In this document: piece after piece, positions 36,483 through 50,079 of the stretch | How the letters are laid out: the number at the start of each line of letters is the position of its first letter | Numbering within the stretch: position 1 is the first letter of the stretch | Origin: Podarcis pityusensis | Lineage: Eukaryota | Strand: one strand, 5' to 3' | Assembly (NCBI GenBank): GCA_964106645.2 | Contig: OZ067047.1 | DNA length: 64,000 nucleotides | The notes under the pieces: model-generated | Database searches by the model: none | Seen by the model: the letters and a program-made list of their open reading frames with translations, nothing else | What the model was told of the DNA's origin: nothing | Translations under genes and position numbers: made by a program

Positions 36483-37782
36483 GTAAGATAATAAAGCCAT
36501 TAGTGCACCCTGCCTGTTTTTACCTATCCTGGCCATTGGGTTGCTGACACCTTTCTGGGGCTTGGCAAGGGAAGAAATGGGCAGCACTGCCTTCATGACG
36601 GATATGTGGTAATCCCTAGGCACGACTAGCTGGTAATAGTGACTCTGTTCTCCGCAGCAACTTCCAGTGTGGAAATCTTGTGCAGCCAGCAAAATGCACA
36701 CTTGGTTGCATGTTTGGCTGACAGTTCATATTGTTACCTCCAAAGGGAAATTGAAAAAGGAAGCCAGCGCATCTGCACAACCTGTAGAAGTTCCCCTTCT
36801 GATGTGACAACCCAGCACTGCAGCTGGATGCAGGCACTGACCATGCGCTCAGCTTGCCACACAGAAATCTCATCTGGAGCTGCCCACAGTGGCCATGCTC
36901 AGTTGCATTTGGTACTTGATGCATGTTGCATCAAAGGCAGCTGCAGATGCCTATTTCTTTCCTCTGTCTCTTTCATATCTGGACCGATTTAGCTGCTTTG
37001 CAAAGCAGATTGCCCCTGGAAATAGGTTTTTGAGTAGAATCATTATCATAGCTCAGGACATGGGAGCTGCACCTATTGAGACCTTTCCTAGTTTTTTGTT
37101 CCTACTAACGCAGATTTGCAAATAATGCCATACATGTTATTAGCTAACAAAAGTGTTTGCTGACATAGATATGTGTGACATAGTTGTGTTGTTGTTTTTT
37201 AGAGTGCCAGAATTTATTCATTTTATTTTATATTCTACTTTTCCTCCAAGGATCTCAAAGTATTGTACATGGTTTCCCCGCCCCCCCCCCCCCACCTCAT
37301 GTCATCCTCACAAAAGCCCTGTTAGGTCAGTTAAGTTGTGAATGAGAGACTGGTCTATGGTTACCCAGTGAACCCTGATCTCCCAGGTCCTAGTCCAACA
37401 CTACAGCACAAAGCCTCTTTATCTTTCTTTTATTCACAGAAGTGACTGAGGCACTTGACTAGGGTTCTACAGGTAGCTCCATGACATAATCAAGAGTTGA
37501 CTTTGGAATCCTAATAAGTTCTTTGTTCCGGTGATTATTGGGAACCCCCTTTTCCATAGAGATGCCATTTCCAACGCACAGCAGTAGTGCAGATCCAAGA
37601 AGACTATCCCCAATCCATTATTTGTGGATGGGATTATATAATCTAAAGCCAAATTCATGTCTCCTGAATCCAAGTCATTGAAACTACAGATATGAAAAAC
37701 AGGTGCAAGTGGCAGGAGGAGGTGTAATTGGCTAACTGTGAGGCTTGTGCGCAGAACTGTCTCTTTGTTCCCACGTGGCTGA

Positions 37783-37929
<147 letters not shown>

Positions 37930-39859
37930 TGCCGCCAGCTGCTCCTGTCACCGTGACTTGCCCTGGGCGGGAGATGGAAGCTGCTGGGACAGGCGCATCC
38001 CAGTCCCTTGGTGACCTCAGGAAAACGCCAGGATGTTGCGGTTTTGTTTTGTAAGGTTTTGGAAGTTTGTTTCTTCTTTCAGCAAGACGTTGGCTAACGA
38101 CTGGATTGAGCTGTGGGAAGCGCCCCAGGCAGAGATTGCGGTCTTTGAGCACATCTTCCCTTATGGGAAGGCTTTTTTGAGTAATTGGAATGTACAGAGC
38201 TTGTCAGAGGCTGTTCCTCATGTCTCTGTGTATTTTTGTTTCATGTGGCTTTTGCCAGTTTGTAACGCTTAGGGAGAGGGGCGGTGAAAGGGAAGTTCTC
38301 TGGCTCATGCCACCTCTGCAGTTCATAACACCAGAGGTTGTGAATTGTTGTGCAGTCAGAATGGTAAGGTAACACAGAGTTGCAAGATTAACTTGAGCGG
38401 GCAGCAGAATCACCTTCAAAAAGTTAAGGGTTCTAAGAGTTATGGGTTAAGGACATAGATTCCTTGGGATTATTTACGCACTGACAGAGTACTCCCTTTG
38501 AATGTACCTAGGATACGTCAAAGAGGTGCTGTTATTAAAATGCCGTAATAATCCACACTCATTTCTGGTTCTATGGTGTCAAAGTCTTCCTCTTTTTTCC
38601 ACAAGGCTGTTAAACCATTTTTTCTCATAAAAGAGGAGGAGGACGGGAATTAATGTGGTTAATTTTGGCTTGAGAAGATGAACAGCACGGTCGGGTCGTC
38701 ATCAACGAGCATTTGCACTTGACAGTTTTGCCATATTGTACTGGTCTGTTGTAACAAAAAGCACAAAGACTTTTGTGGCACTTTCAAGACTTAACACATT
38801 TATTATTTGTCATCAACGGTGCCACTACTGCACAATGGGAAATTACTGAAACATTCTAGGAGGTGGGAGATTTCATTCCCCTTCTTTATGGTGAAGGGCA
38901 CTTATCTGCTCATCTTTGTGAGGCACTAGAAGAGCTAGAGAGAAGTGATTATGTAAATTTCTTCAGCTTCTATTGTCCAGTGGGTACAGAATGGAACTGC
39001 TGTGTCCATAAATGCTGACTCTTGACTGTTTCAGTACATCCCCATCCCTCAGTTAATGGTGCCGTTGCAATCTTGGTGATGACCTTTAATTTGAAATGTC
39101 AAGATGAGATACTCACTTGCCACTGTTCTTACTCCACGGAAAAGCAGACAGTCTGACAGTGTAGATTTTGTTCTCTCAGTTCTTCTTCTCTGCTTGCCTA
39201 TCGATTGTGTCTTTATTACATGGTCAGTGAAATTCTGAGGGAATGGTCCATCCCACCCAGTCTACTGCCTTATTGCTCCACAGGAACAAGCTGCCTTTTC
39301 TCTTGACTTTTTCAAGCATTCCATTTAGGTTTGGACCTGGAGCTAAGTTCGTTTTGGATTCCAGCTGTACTGTACTTGCTCTCATAGTAAAGGCCAGCCA
39401 GCCTTGCCCACAGTATGATCAGTGTTCCCTTTTAATTCCTGCTACCGATTTCTCCCTGGCCTGCTGACTTGTAGGCCTGTATACTGCAGGCTTTCAGCAT
39501 AAAGCCACTGTGCAGTTTGCCACAATGGGTAGCTCTTGTTCAAGACTGGGATAGATTTACACCAGCAAGATTATCTCCAAACACTGATTAACTGGAGTAT
39601 TGTATTTCCCCTAAGTGTGATGGCCCCTCACTGTCATGAGTAGCGCTATAACTTGGCACACTACTTGTCAAAGTTGGTTTGGACCAATCTTGCCAGTGGT
39701 GGATTGTTTTGTGGGAAAGGAGGGTTTTTAGGGGACATTTCAGTTTGACTTGCTGCCTTTGGGCTGTTTTACAAGGTTAGAGATGGAGACGACTTTTATT
39801 ATCAAAATTACATTTGCTTTGGTTTTGGATATGTATTTAAATGGACTTTGCTTTTCTTG

Positions 39860-39865
39860 AATAAA
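39860..39865 (+). terminator. Probable CCDC134 polyadenylation signal
   Basis: AATAAA about 1.9 kb after the stop, preceded by U-rich 3'UTR-like sequence. Confidence 0.5.
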
Positions 39866-39955
39866 ACAGAAAATTGAAAAAAAATGCAAACATTTATCAC
39901 TGGCTTGTGAGACATGGTTCTTGATAACATGGGAAATACTTTTTACGATTGTCAA

Positions 39956-40180
39956 TGAAGACACTCAAACTCAGGACGCACGGGAGAAACGTGCTAAGAG
40001 GAAGGCACGCTTGGCAAATCCACACCATGATCAACTCCCTCCCAGAAACCAATGTCCCCACTGTGGAAGGACGTGTGGATCCAGAACTGGCCTCCACAGT
40101 CACTTACGGACTCATTGTTAAAACCGTGTTTATGGAAGACAATCTTACTCGGCTATGAGTGATCGCCAGAGAAGAAAAGA
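39956..40180 (+). mobile_element. RTE-clade LINE 3' fragment
   Basis: Encodes C-terminal zinc finger CPHCGRTCGSRTGLHSHLRTH, short 3'UTR and (AGA)n-like tail. Confidence 0.8.
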
Positions 40181-40394
40181 CAGACTCTCTTTAATGTGTG
40201 ACGTAAAAGTAGGACTGTTTCAATGTTGTTTTCTTGGCTGGAGATGAAGCAGCAGGTTTTTCAGTTCCAAATACATGTAGCATTTTTAGAGATGGTTTTC
40301 TAATCAGTTTGCAACATCAAACACCTGCAACAAATACCCAAAGCTGATCATTTCTCTCTAACAGTGCCCAGTCCTAAAGTTTACAGAAAGCTCT

Positions 40395-40500
40395 TTATAC
40401 CATCTAGCTCAGTATTGATTACACTGACTGGAAACAGCTTTGTAGGATTTCAGGCAGGGAGTCTCTCCCAGTCCTGCCTGAAGATGCTGTGGATTGAACA
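40395..40500 (-). mobile_element. tRNA-derived SINE fragment (family of 14428), followed by (GT)n at 40520-40549
   Basis: CCATCTAGCTCAGTATTG...CACTGACTGG...TTTCAGGCAGG. Confidence 0.6.
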
Positions 40501-40517
40501 CAGAACATAAGAATATA

Positions 40518-40551
<34 letters not shown>

Positions 40552-41713
40552 GTGTCCACCAAAAATGCCCTCGGATTACACTGTAAACTTTACATCATAT
40601 GAAACAAGGAGGAAACTAAAGATATTTTGCATGGAAATTTACCCTAGGACATAGAATAGTGACAGAAATTCTAATTTAGGGAAACTTTCTTCAGTTAGTC
40701 ACCTTTTTGTTTTTATCTTTGCTCACTAATATATTAACTGAACACTCAAAACTTGTGGTAAGTGTTCTTGAATTCCATCTTGCCCACTTCCTTTAATCTG
40801 AAAGGCCAAGGATGCCGTCCAAAACACATGAGCTTTAATGTTGTGTAATATATGGGGATGGAACATCCATGAATTAATCATTCAAGGGTATTAGATATGG
40901 CCAGTATCCTTGGTTTTTTATCTTCAGTATGGCTCTGTGCCGCTGCTCCTTACATCAAACACAACTTTTTGTATCCTGTTGACTCTGTAAAACTGATGCA
41001 GCAGTGCTAAGCAGATACAAGAAGAAACTTAATCCACTGGTGCTTGGCAAAGTGTTGGCATCAACTTTTCTTCTTGAAGCACATCTGAGAATGTGAACAT
41101 GCTCCATTTATTACTTTCAATCCCTATTTAAACCTGCACTGCCACCTCTTGAATAATCCAGTGAAAGTATGGCACTATTTGTTTAGATAATTGATTGAGA
41201 AGCAATGGTGGAAGTGGGAGAGAAGCAACAGATGCTGGACCAAAGAATAAGATTTCATGCATTGTAGGACTTTAACACTTATCTTTGAGTTCTAGAAAAA
41301 ACAGGCAATCCCCTCCTATCACTGCTGACGGGAAAGGTCAGGAGCTGTTTTCACAGTGACACTCCTCAGCTGCTTCCTGTAACCTTGGAGAAACACGCAA
41401 TCATGGATTATTTCTGGATAATGCATGTATTTTGTGATGTTTGTTTTAAAAGTGTTTGCATAGGAAGAACACTGTATTCCTGGCCTTGGCACAGAAAGCT
41501 ATAACTCTGATATGCATATATAAACAACTGAAAGAGACCATGCCATTGACAAATATAACATGTGAAGTGTCTTTGAATGGAGGCTTAAATAAGATTTAAA
41601 TCCTTAGAATACTGAGGAAAAAATGAGATGAAAATATTAGGTTCCATACGAAATACCTTGCTCAAGATGCTCCTTTTTTTAAAATGGGCTGGGAAAGTGC
41701 ACATATAAAGATT

Positions 41714-41952
41714 TGGTGATCACTCGTAGCCAAGTAAGATTGCCTTCCATGAACACAGTGTTAACAGTGAGTCCGCAAGTGACTGTGGAGACCAATTCTG
41801 GATCCACACGTCCTTCCACAGTGGGGACATGGGTTTCTGGGCAGGAGTTGATCACGGTGAGGGTTTGCCAAATGTGCCTTCCTCTTAGCTCATTTCTCCC
41901 TTGCGTCCGGAGTTCGTGCTTCTTCAAAGTCCATGACATCTTTGGTAAAGGC
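41714..41952 (-). mobile_element. RTE-clade LINE 3' fragment (second copy, inverted)
   Basis: Reverse complement aligns to 39956-40170 by eye. Confidence 0.8.
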
Positions 41953-42643
41953 ACAGTGTCTAATAGCATCAGCTATAGTAGCGAGCAATTTGTCATATCT
42001 AACAAATAGAGCACCCAGTATGGAATTGCATCCCCATAAAGACCCATCATGGTCTAGAAAGACTTGACTTCTCTTCTCAAGCTGAAACCTGTGGTGAAGT
42101 TGATTTTATTACTTATGCATAATTCTATTTGGAAAAGTAAGCCTAGAGCCACTTGACCAAACCTGTCAATGCTCAATCCTGAGGGTTGAGTTTTGACTGC
42201 CACGATTTGTTCAAAAAGTTTGTGCAAAGGAGGTAAGTAAATCATCCATTTGGAACTGCAATGATCAAATGCAGACTTCCCGCCCCACTACACCCAGACC
42301 GACGAAGAGACCCGGATAACTCGAAAGCTTGCTCCTTATTTTGGCATTTTGACCGTTCATTATAAAGGTATTGCCTGACTGTGGATGTTAGGACTTCCCT
42401 CTACGGGACCGGCACACTTCGTTTTTGGTTTGCTTGTGCGGCGCACGGTGTCACAGTCTAGTACGGCGGCGATCCCGTTCCTCTGCTGGAGGGACCGAGG
42501 GGCGCCCTGTCACTTTCAAGTTCAAACCCGAACACGGGTTAGATCTCCGCCTCCTTATGCATATTCAAATCCAGCGAGGCGGGCCGCCCGGGAGGGGATT
42601 GCCCGGCCGCACGCTAACGAAAGCTGCTGATCGCTGACGCGCC

Positions 42644-42676
42644 ATCACACCACGAGCCGCTCTGCCCGCTGATTGG
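42644..42676 (+). promoter_or_regulatory. Sterol regulatory element (ATCACACCAC) plus NF-Y site (ATTGG)
   Basis: Fits the ATCACNCCAC SREBP motif at 42644-42653; inverted CCAAT box at 42672-42676; same arrangement as the autoregulatory module of mammalian SREBF2. Confidence 0.8.
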
Positions 42677-42930
42677 CCGGCGGGGACCTGGTCTCATTGA
42701 CAACAAGCCCAGGCCGCAGCGGTGGCTCCTCGCAGGTGGATGGGCGGAGTAGGCGGAGGCTGGGCCAAGATGGCGCCGCCGCGCGGGGCCGGGAGCCTCG
42801 GGAGCCTGAGCTGAGGCAGCGCCGCCCGGCCGGGAAGGGGTTAAGGCGCTGGGTGTCACCCCGGCCGCTCCCTGGGACGGGCTGCTGACTCGCGGGCGGC
42901 GGCGGAGGAGCCGGTTGCGCCTCGCCGGCG

Positions 42931-43015
42931 ATGGAGAGCGGCGAGCTGAGCAGCATGGAGACCATGGAGACCCTGACGGAGCTCGGCGACGAGCTGACGC
43001 TGGGCGACATCGACG
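42931..43015 (+). CDS. SREBF2: SREBP-2 exon 1
   Basis: MESGELSSMETMETLTELGDELTLGDID G|gtgag. Confidence 0.97.
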
Positions 43016-45095
43016 GTGAGTGCGCGCGGGGAGGGGAAGGCAGGCGCGCCCGGCCTGCGCTGGGGCCGAGGCGCCGCCACCGCCGCCCGTGGATGCCCCC
43101 TTGCCGCGGGGAAAGAGGGCTGTCGCCACCCCTTCACCGCGAAGTGCCCCTGGAGGACGGGATAAGCCTGGCCGGATGGGCTGGCAGGTGTCGCACAAGA
43201 TGCGTGGCGACAGCCATGGTTGTTTTCAAGCTCCTCAGCCCCCTATGGCTCTCCTCCCTCCTCCCCAAATTCCCTGTTCAAGAGAGGGCGAAAGGTTCCT
43301 CAGAGGGATGCGCGCGCTGTAGACTTTTGACAGGATTCCCGTGGGACACCCCTCCCCCCCCCGTGCGGTGCTTCCTCGCGAGCAAGGCCCGCTATGCAAG
43401 CGCTGCTAAGTTCGGGATTGCAGCCCAGTGTGCACAGCTACCTGGGATCCTAAGCATCCTTGAGTTTAGGGGGTGGGGAGGGGGGCTTATTTCTGAGTAC
43501 AGTTACCCAGCCTGTGCCAGCAGAGTGAATTGAGTGAGTGTTACCTGCATATTGGAATTCATTACTTAAGGTGTGGTCCGGGTCAGGGCTGGGCAGAAGA
43601 TAGATATGGGTCTAACTGGTAGGTTCTCTCAGCGATTGGAACAAATCCCCAATCTCAGAATTCTTTTGTATCTGGCTCTAGTTGGTTGGGACTTGGGGCT
43701 GTAGTGAAAACAACAACGACAAAGTGGACCCAGCAAGTCTGAAGGCTGCCCGTCCCTCATTGCAGTGTCTGGATGCCCCTGATCTGAAGCCCCTGCCCCT
43801 ATTCATACAGATCACTGAAATCTGGAAGGTGCTGATTTAAGTTCATTCATGTGCCTTACTTGGCAGGTGGTTTTCACATCTATGTAAATTATCAGTGTAG
43901 CCAGTGGATATGTGGCAGAAGGTGTGTAGGTGCCTGGGGCTGGAGAGTGTTAAGGAAAAGGAAGTTATACAGAGGCATCATTTTCCCCCCTGTAGGTTTG
44001 TCATTTTGGAGACAAACACTTTGCAGTGTGAGCTGGAACATGGTGAAGCTTGCCTTAATTTGGTATAGGAGGTGTGTGACAAATAGGAAGCAGTTTCTGT
44101 CTCTTGGTTTCACTTGGTAGTTTCTATCTGTAATGTTTTGAGTTTATAGCTCAGTGTATGATGATGACATTTGCCATTCTGATCCGAAACATTTACTTAC
44201 CTCACCCATGAGGCAAGATGAGGTGACTGCTTTAGGCGGCAGGATCCACAGGGTCAGCAGATCCCTATGCCAGTCTTCTCCCCATGTTCCTAATGTCCCC
44301 CTTCCTGCCAGGGAAAATCTACATCATTTAGGGGTCCTGCTCAGGTGCCAAAATATATTGGGGCTGGTCCTGACAAAAACCCATTAAAACTTAATTATCC
44401 ACCTCATGGAAGAGGAAGGAACTTAAAAATATTCTGTAGCCAAATTCACAGGAATTTACTGTATGTTCAGCAACTATGAAAGCTGCAGAAAGATCTGATA
44501 GTACAATTCTTGTTGTCAGAAGATTGTCAGCACCCTAATGCCCTTTTGGTGCTATCTCCAGGTCAGAAACTGAACTGGCAAGGACACAGCAAAATGATAG
44601 AAGAATGACCATCTGCTCAAGTGTCTTGTCAAGAAAGAGGGGAGTAATAGTGGAGTAGGTAGTTGGTGTCAAGACAGGTTTGAGTCAAATGGCCATAGTT
44701 TTCCATGAATCAAGAACCTACTGTCTGCAGTAGCGAGAAGCTAGTGTTCTGCAGGTATTTTTCAGCTGAGTAGTCTAGCGTACTTCCCTAAAATGTAAAT
44801 AAAGGGATGTTATTTAAAAGCTACTGGACACTACAGATTTGCAGAATGTCTGCATTGAAAGTATTTGTACTATTTACAGCTGCTTAAGAGCTTCAAAAAG
44901 TAGAAGTAGCTGTGTTGGCATGTGTGAAAAAAATCCTAAATATTTACCCGCAAAGGATACTGTACTCTTCATTACGATATGACGCTGAGGAATAGTAACC
45001 ATTATTCTAAGTAATGCTGGCTCCAGGCTTATCAAAATATTAGCTTCCACTTCTCCTGCTTTGCTGTTGTAGTGCACAGTTCGAAGCACAAGAAG

Positions 45096-45240
45096 GGGGC
45101 ACAGTTCAGAGGAGAATACATGCTTTGCATGCAGAAGGTCATTTATTTACTCCCCCAAAGTATTGCTAGGAGAACCCCTTGCCTGAGACCATGGAGAGTT
45201 GCTGCTATTTGGAATACTGGTTTGAGACAGTATGGCAGTG
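45096..45240 (+). mobile_element. Degraded tRNA-derived SINE
   Basis: GGGGGCACAGTTCAG...TGCTTTGCATGCAGAAGGTC...CCTGAGACCATGGAGAGTTGCTGC. Confidence 0.55.
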
Positions 45241-48200
45241 TTCTTTTCAAGTGTCTTATAGGAAAGTAGATAACTTTCACCTTAGGAAGCACTGCAATTG
45301 GAAAATGGACTGCATAACCCTCAGGTGGTCTCTCATGCTCGTTCTGCCACCTTTTCTGACTGGCAAGGACCTAGTGTGTGTGGAAGCATCCTGAATATAA
45401 AGACTGTTGACTGGAATGTAGCTTCCTGGAATGAGAACCAGATAGAAATGTCTTTGGCCTGTGATTAAGGGTTCTTATTCAGGCATCTCATTTGAATTTG
45501 ACTGTCAGTGTATTTGCCTTCTAGGTTTCTACTTTTTATACCTGACGTTTTCCAGCAACGTTCTCGATTTAATGCATACTAAAAATAGCTGTCTTAAAAG
45601 TTGGGGAACTTACTGCAAAGTCCTTCCTGTCCCACCTTTTAAAAGTCAATACGATTCCTTTTTCCTCTCTATTTTTAGCATGACTCAAAATAATTAGCCT
45701 TTCAACATATTTCTTGTAAGGTTACTTTGTATAGTACCTCACTATTGGGAAACATTGCTCAGTGTTTTAAATTACATGTACCCATTTGATTCACCTTTGC
45801 ACATTTCCGGCACTCCTAACTTCATGTGTTTATACAGATTGGGAAAATATTTTGTTTGCCAGGAAAAAAAATGCTTGACTTGAGGTGTAGCTCTTCAGAA
45901 TCAGAGTGCTTGAAAGAACTATCTGAAAAGAAGTGTGTTAAAGAAAAAAAACAACTAGATTTCTTATAGCAAGTGGAAAATAGAAACCTGGTATTTTCAG
46001 TAGCAGATAACATCAGACGTTACTCTTAACATTGCACAATGTGTTCTACAAGCTGCTGAGATCAGGAAAGAATTTGTAAATTATAGGTTATTAAACATCA
46101 AGGGTGACAAATTGGTTTCATTACTTTTTTCCTGTAAAGCTTTGTATCAGGTATTTAAATTGAGATGGTTTTGGTTGTACAAGACAATTTGACCGAAGAA
46201 GCAGATTTTTCATTATTGTCTGGTACCATAGTATTCTGTTACAACCAACCCATAACTGTTACTTTTGCCTTGCTTAGGTAGTGTGAGAGTAGCTTAAGGC
46301 TTTACACGGCAAACATTGTTGTGTATTTACAAGTGTAATTTACAAGTGTAAATACACAATCTACAAGTGTAAAAACACAATCAGTTGAACATATGCAGCT
46401 GTGTACATGCTCTTATACATGTCCATGTGGGAACTCTGATTGGGCCAGGATTGCCACGTCTGTGAATGTGGATGTTTAAAGATGCATGTGGATATTTTTC
46501 TTTCACACTTATGTAACTCTGGTGTACTGGCAGAAACGATATTTGCTACATAAAGTATGAACTGCCCTTTAGTCCTGTTATCTTACTGGCAAGTTTCTCT
46601 CTCCCTTTGCACATAATGCTTCTTGTGCAGCCGTGTTCCAGCAACAACTGTAAGCAATCTGGTTACTGCTTCTGCAAGGCAGTCATGGGCTCTCTTATCC
46701 ACACAGTAGCAGTCAGCCTCTGGGGAAACCTTTGAGGAAAGACATGGAAAAACAAGAGGATTCAGAAGAGAGATGTACGAAGAAACCTGTTCTAGAAAAA
46801 ATTCAAATTCCTAGCATACCACTTCACATTTTTAGGTGCTAACCTCTGTTCTTGTAAATTCCTAGATGTTGATAATCGATCCTTGTCCTTTCTTGTGCCT
46901 GAGATGTTTTCAACTCTGGTATAGCCTTTGGAAATGAAGAGAGATGTTTAAGAGATAATTGCTGTCCACAGCTTCTCAGGGAAGTGCTGTTGTTGGCATT
47001 TACAGCTGTGTTAGCCTACCAAAGTGACCTGCTGGAGCACAAGCTTGGGCAGTGGGTAGGTGGGGGGTCCTGAGCTGCCCAAACAACAAGACCCCCCCTT
47101 GGCCCCACTGATGTGGTCCAAAGGAAAGCAGAGCCAGAAATTTGGCACCAGCTTGGCTGCAGGAGTTGCTGGAAGGAGGCATACAAGGCGCCATTTAACT
47201 GTCTTAGGGATTCCCCTTTGTGTAGGGTTTACTCCTTAGCCTTTTTGTCTCCCAAAGAACAAGGCAGTGGAGGTTTAGGATCAGAGTTGTCCTTCTCCTA
47301 GATGGGCTACCTTCCCAGGTTGATGAGCCCCGTCTGCCCCTCACTTCCCTCTACACAGCATGTGCAGAAACAGCCTTCTTGACTGTTGGACTCACTATTG
47401 GTCTTATCTGCTCAATTAAGAAATCAGCTGTATATCCCGTGAAACAGTTTTGCTTGAAATAGTATCAGAATGTAATACAAACAAGCACATTTAAGAGATA
47501 ACTCTAGTACATACCCATCTCTCTCATACATAAGTTAAACCTGTTTTTTCTATGTAAATAAATGGAAGGGGAGAGACCTTGACATCATAAATTTGACAGA
47601 GTAGGTTGCGATTTATCAGTGTTCAAAATATGAATGCTTACAGCCAGACATGAATGTTTAAATGTGTCTGTTATTTCCCCCATTTTTCTTTTACGGTTGG
47701 TTCACAAGAGATGCCAAATTGTGGTTTGATGTAATATTATGAGCCCAGTGATTGCATAGTCTCTCCTTGCCCTTTTCTTGTGTGCTGTGCTTTAATGAAT
47801 TGCTTTCATAGAAAACATTGTTTTCTGTTTCATCCAAACTGGGGCTTGCACAAACCTCTTAAATCAGGATTGCAAACCAGAATTCAAGCATGTACATCTT
47901 AATTCAGAGGGCTTGTGCAAACCATAGCTTGCCGGTTTGCATATGATGGAAAACTATTATTTCCACAAAAGCAAAAGAAAGTCAATAAAGCAGCATGTGT
48001 AGAGGAAGTGGGAGAGTGAGTGCGGTAGCTTATGACAAATATGTGCAACACCTGGTTTGGCACTACATGGCAACCACCCCAAAGTCCTGACTTTTAAAAA
48101 ACATAGGATAGTTTGAAATTCAGGATACAATCGACTATCTCTTGGCTATAGTTGTATGTTAAGATTTTTCTCTCTTAGTTTAAAACAAGTCTTTCCAGTT

Positions 48201-49051
48201 GCAAATATTTTGGCTTCCTATCTGTGTCACCAGTCTCTGTTTATCAGTTGTTACAGTGGTTTCACAGTAGTAGTAACAGGAAGAAGTAGAGCAGGGGGTT
48301 GTGAGTATGTTGATTTCTTTCTAAAAGGGAAGGAGATGTGATGAAATATGAGGAAGTCTCCTATCTCAACAGACCAGTAGATCATTTTATAGCCCCATGC
48401 TGTCTACCAGGAAGGGCAATGGATCCCTAAGGTTACAGGCAAAGATATTTTCCATGCCAGTAATTTCATGTGGGTCTTTCTATGCTAAGCATATGCATGA
48501 CCCCTGAAATATATACAGTAGCAAAATGTTTTGATTGTTTAATTTTCCAAGGGCCTCAGGGCCAAACTGCACATGTTTAAATAAGTGTGTTTCACCTAGC
48601 CAATTTTATTGGGGGGGGGAGCAGTCATGGCACCCCAATAGGAAATAGGCTATTGACCAGAGCAGGGGCTCATACCGCTGAAAAACATTACATACTTGGC
48701 TTCTTTCAGGCATGCGAGGAAGACAACCAAAGGGGTGACAATTTTCAGCAGAAAATCCAAGTGTTTTCTGAATCCCTAATCAAATATTATTCCAAAACAG
48801 GGGTCCCATGTCTCTCTTCCCCCTCAATAGAAAAAGCCAAGTTAAGAATTTAGATACCAGGTTATAATTATTGTATGTACGGTAATTTTAAAATAATATA
48901 CCTGCAGCTTTCTTTTTATACAAGAGGTCCAATATCAAGAGTAGGAGTTCTGGGGTAGGGTTGAAATGTTAGCCATTTATACTATCAACTTCAACGGGGT
49001 GAAGTGAATCCTCTCCATACTTTTCAGATTTCTATTCTACTTGTTATTCAA

Positions 49052-49446
49052 GGGATGCGGGTGGCGCTGTGGTCTAAACCACTGAGCTTCTCGGGCTCGC
49101 TGATTGAAAAGTCGGTGGTTTGAATCCACATGACAGGGTGAGCTCCCATTTCTCTGTCCCAGCTCCTGCCAACCTAGCAGTTCAAAAGCACACCAGTGCA
49201 AGGAGATAAATAAGTATTGTTGCAGCAGGAAGGTAAATGCCGTTTCCGTGCATTCTGGCTTCTGTCACGGTGCCCCGTTGTGCCAGAAGTGGTTTAGTCA
49301 TGCTGGCCACATGACCCGGAAAGCTGTCTGTGGACAGACACCGGCTCCCTCGGCCGGAAAAGCGATATGAGAGCCACACCCCATAGACACCTTTGACTGG
49401 ACTTAACCATCCACGGGTCCTTTATCTTAACTTTTTTACCTTTACC
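49052..49446 (+). mobile_element. Full-length Sauria SINE
   Basis: GGGATGCGGGTGGCGCTGTGG head, (ACCTTT)n tail, TSD TTCTACTTGTTAT on both sides. Confidence 0.92.
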
Positions 49447-49960
49447 TTCTACTTGTTATAAATGCCAATTACATGATATTTCTAAAGTTGGTTCCCATTT
49501 GCACTTTGCAGAATAGTTCTGACAAATAAAGGGATCATAGGCTGATATCATCATGTCTGCCTCGTGTAGTCAAAAGAAAACGGCTTGGGGATAGAGAGAG
49601 TAGCAACAATTAGGGCTTAATTGTGGCCCAAGGGCTGTGTGGTAGAAATTGTAACCTGTCATATGGGCTCCCTTAGGCACCTGCCTCTGTAGGGCTTCCA
49701 TGCCTGGGCTAGTTACATCTCTCAGCAAGGTAGCTTAGTAGCTCTGAGATCATTATACTATATTTCCTCTTGCTGAAGTTTGAAAAATTGGTTGGACCAG
49801 AAAATCTGTGGCGTTATTTGAACAACATTGTCAATTATATATGATAGACTTGCAGAGACAGTGGCTGTGCTGACTGGGGGTGATGAGAATTGCTGTCCAA
49901 AATATCTGGAGGCTAATGAAGGTTGTTGTAGAGGTTTTTCTTAATGGAGATTGGTTGCAT

Positions 49961-50079
49961 CAGGCATAGGCAAACTCAGCCCTCCAGATGTTTTGAGACT
50001 ACAATTTCCATCATCCCTGACCACTGGTCCTGTTAGCTAGGGATGATGGGAGTTGTAGTCCCGAGTTTGCCTATGCCTG
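49961..50079. mobile_element. Palindromic hAT MITE
   Basis: CAGGCATAGGCAAACTC...GAGTTTGCCTATGCCTG; TSD GGTTGCAT/GGTTACAT. Confidence 0.85.

Larger units (their letters stand above)
42400..43420 (+). promoter_or_regulatory. SREBF2: SREBF2 CpG-island promoter and exon 1
   Basis: High CpG density, GC boxes, SRE, inverted CCAAT, YY1-like CAAGATGGCG. Confidence 0.9.

Noticed and set aside
39921-40121. C2H2 zinc-finger-like ORF
   Set aside because: C-terminal finger of an RTE LINE ORF, present twice; not a host gene
42614-43533. Long ORFs around SREBF2 exon 1, including the 200-aa read-through of the exon
   Set aside because: CpG-island artefacts; a canonical donor at 43016 explains the true frame
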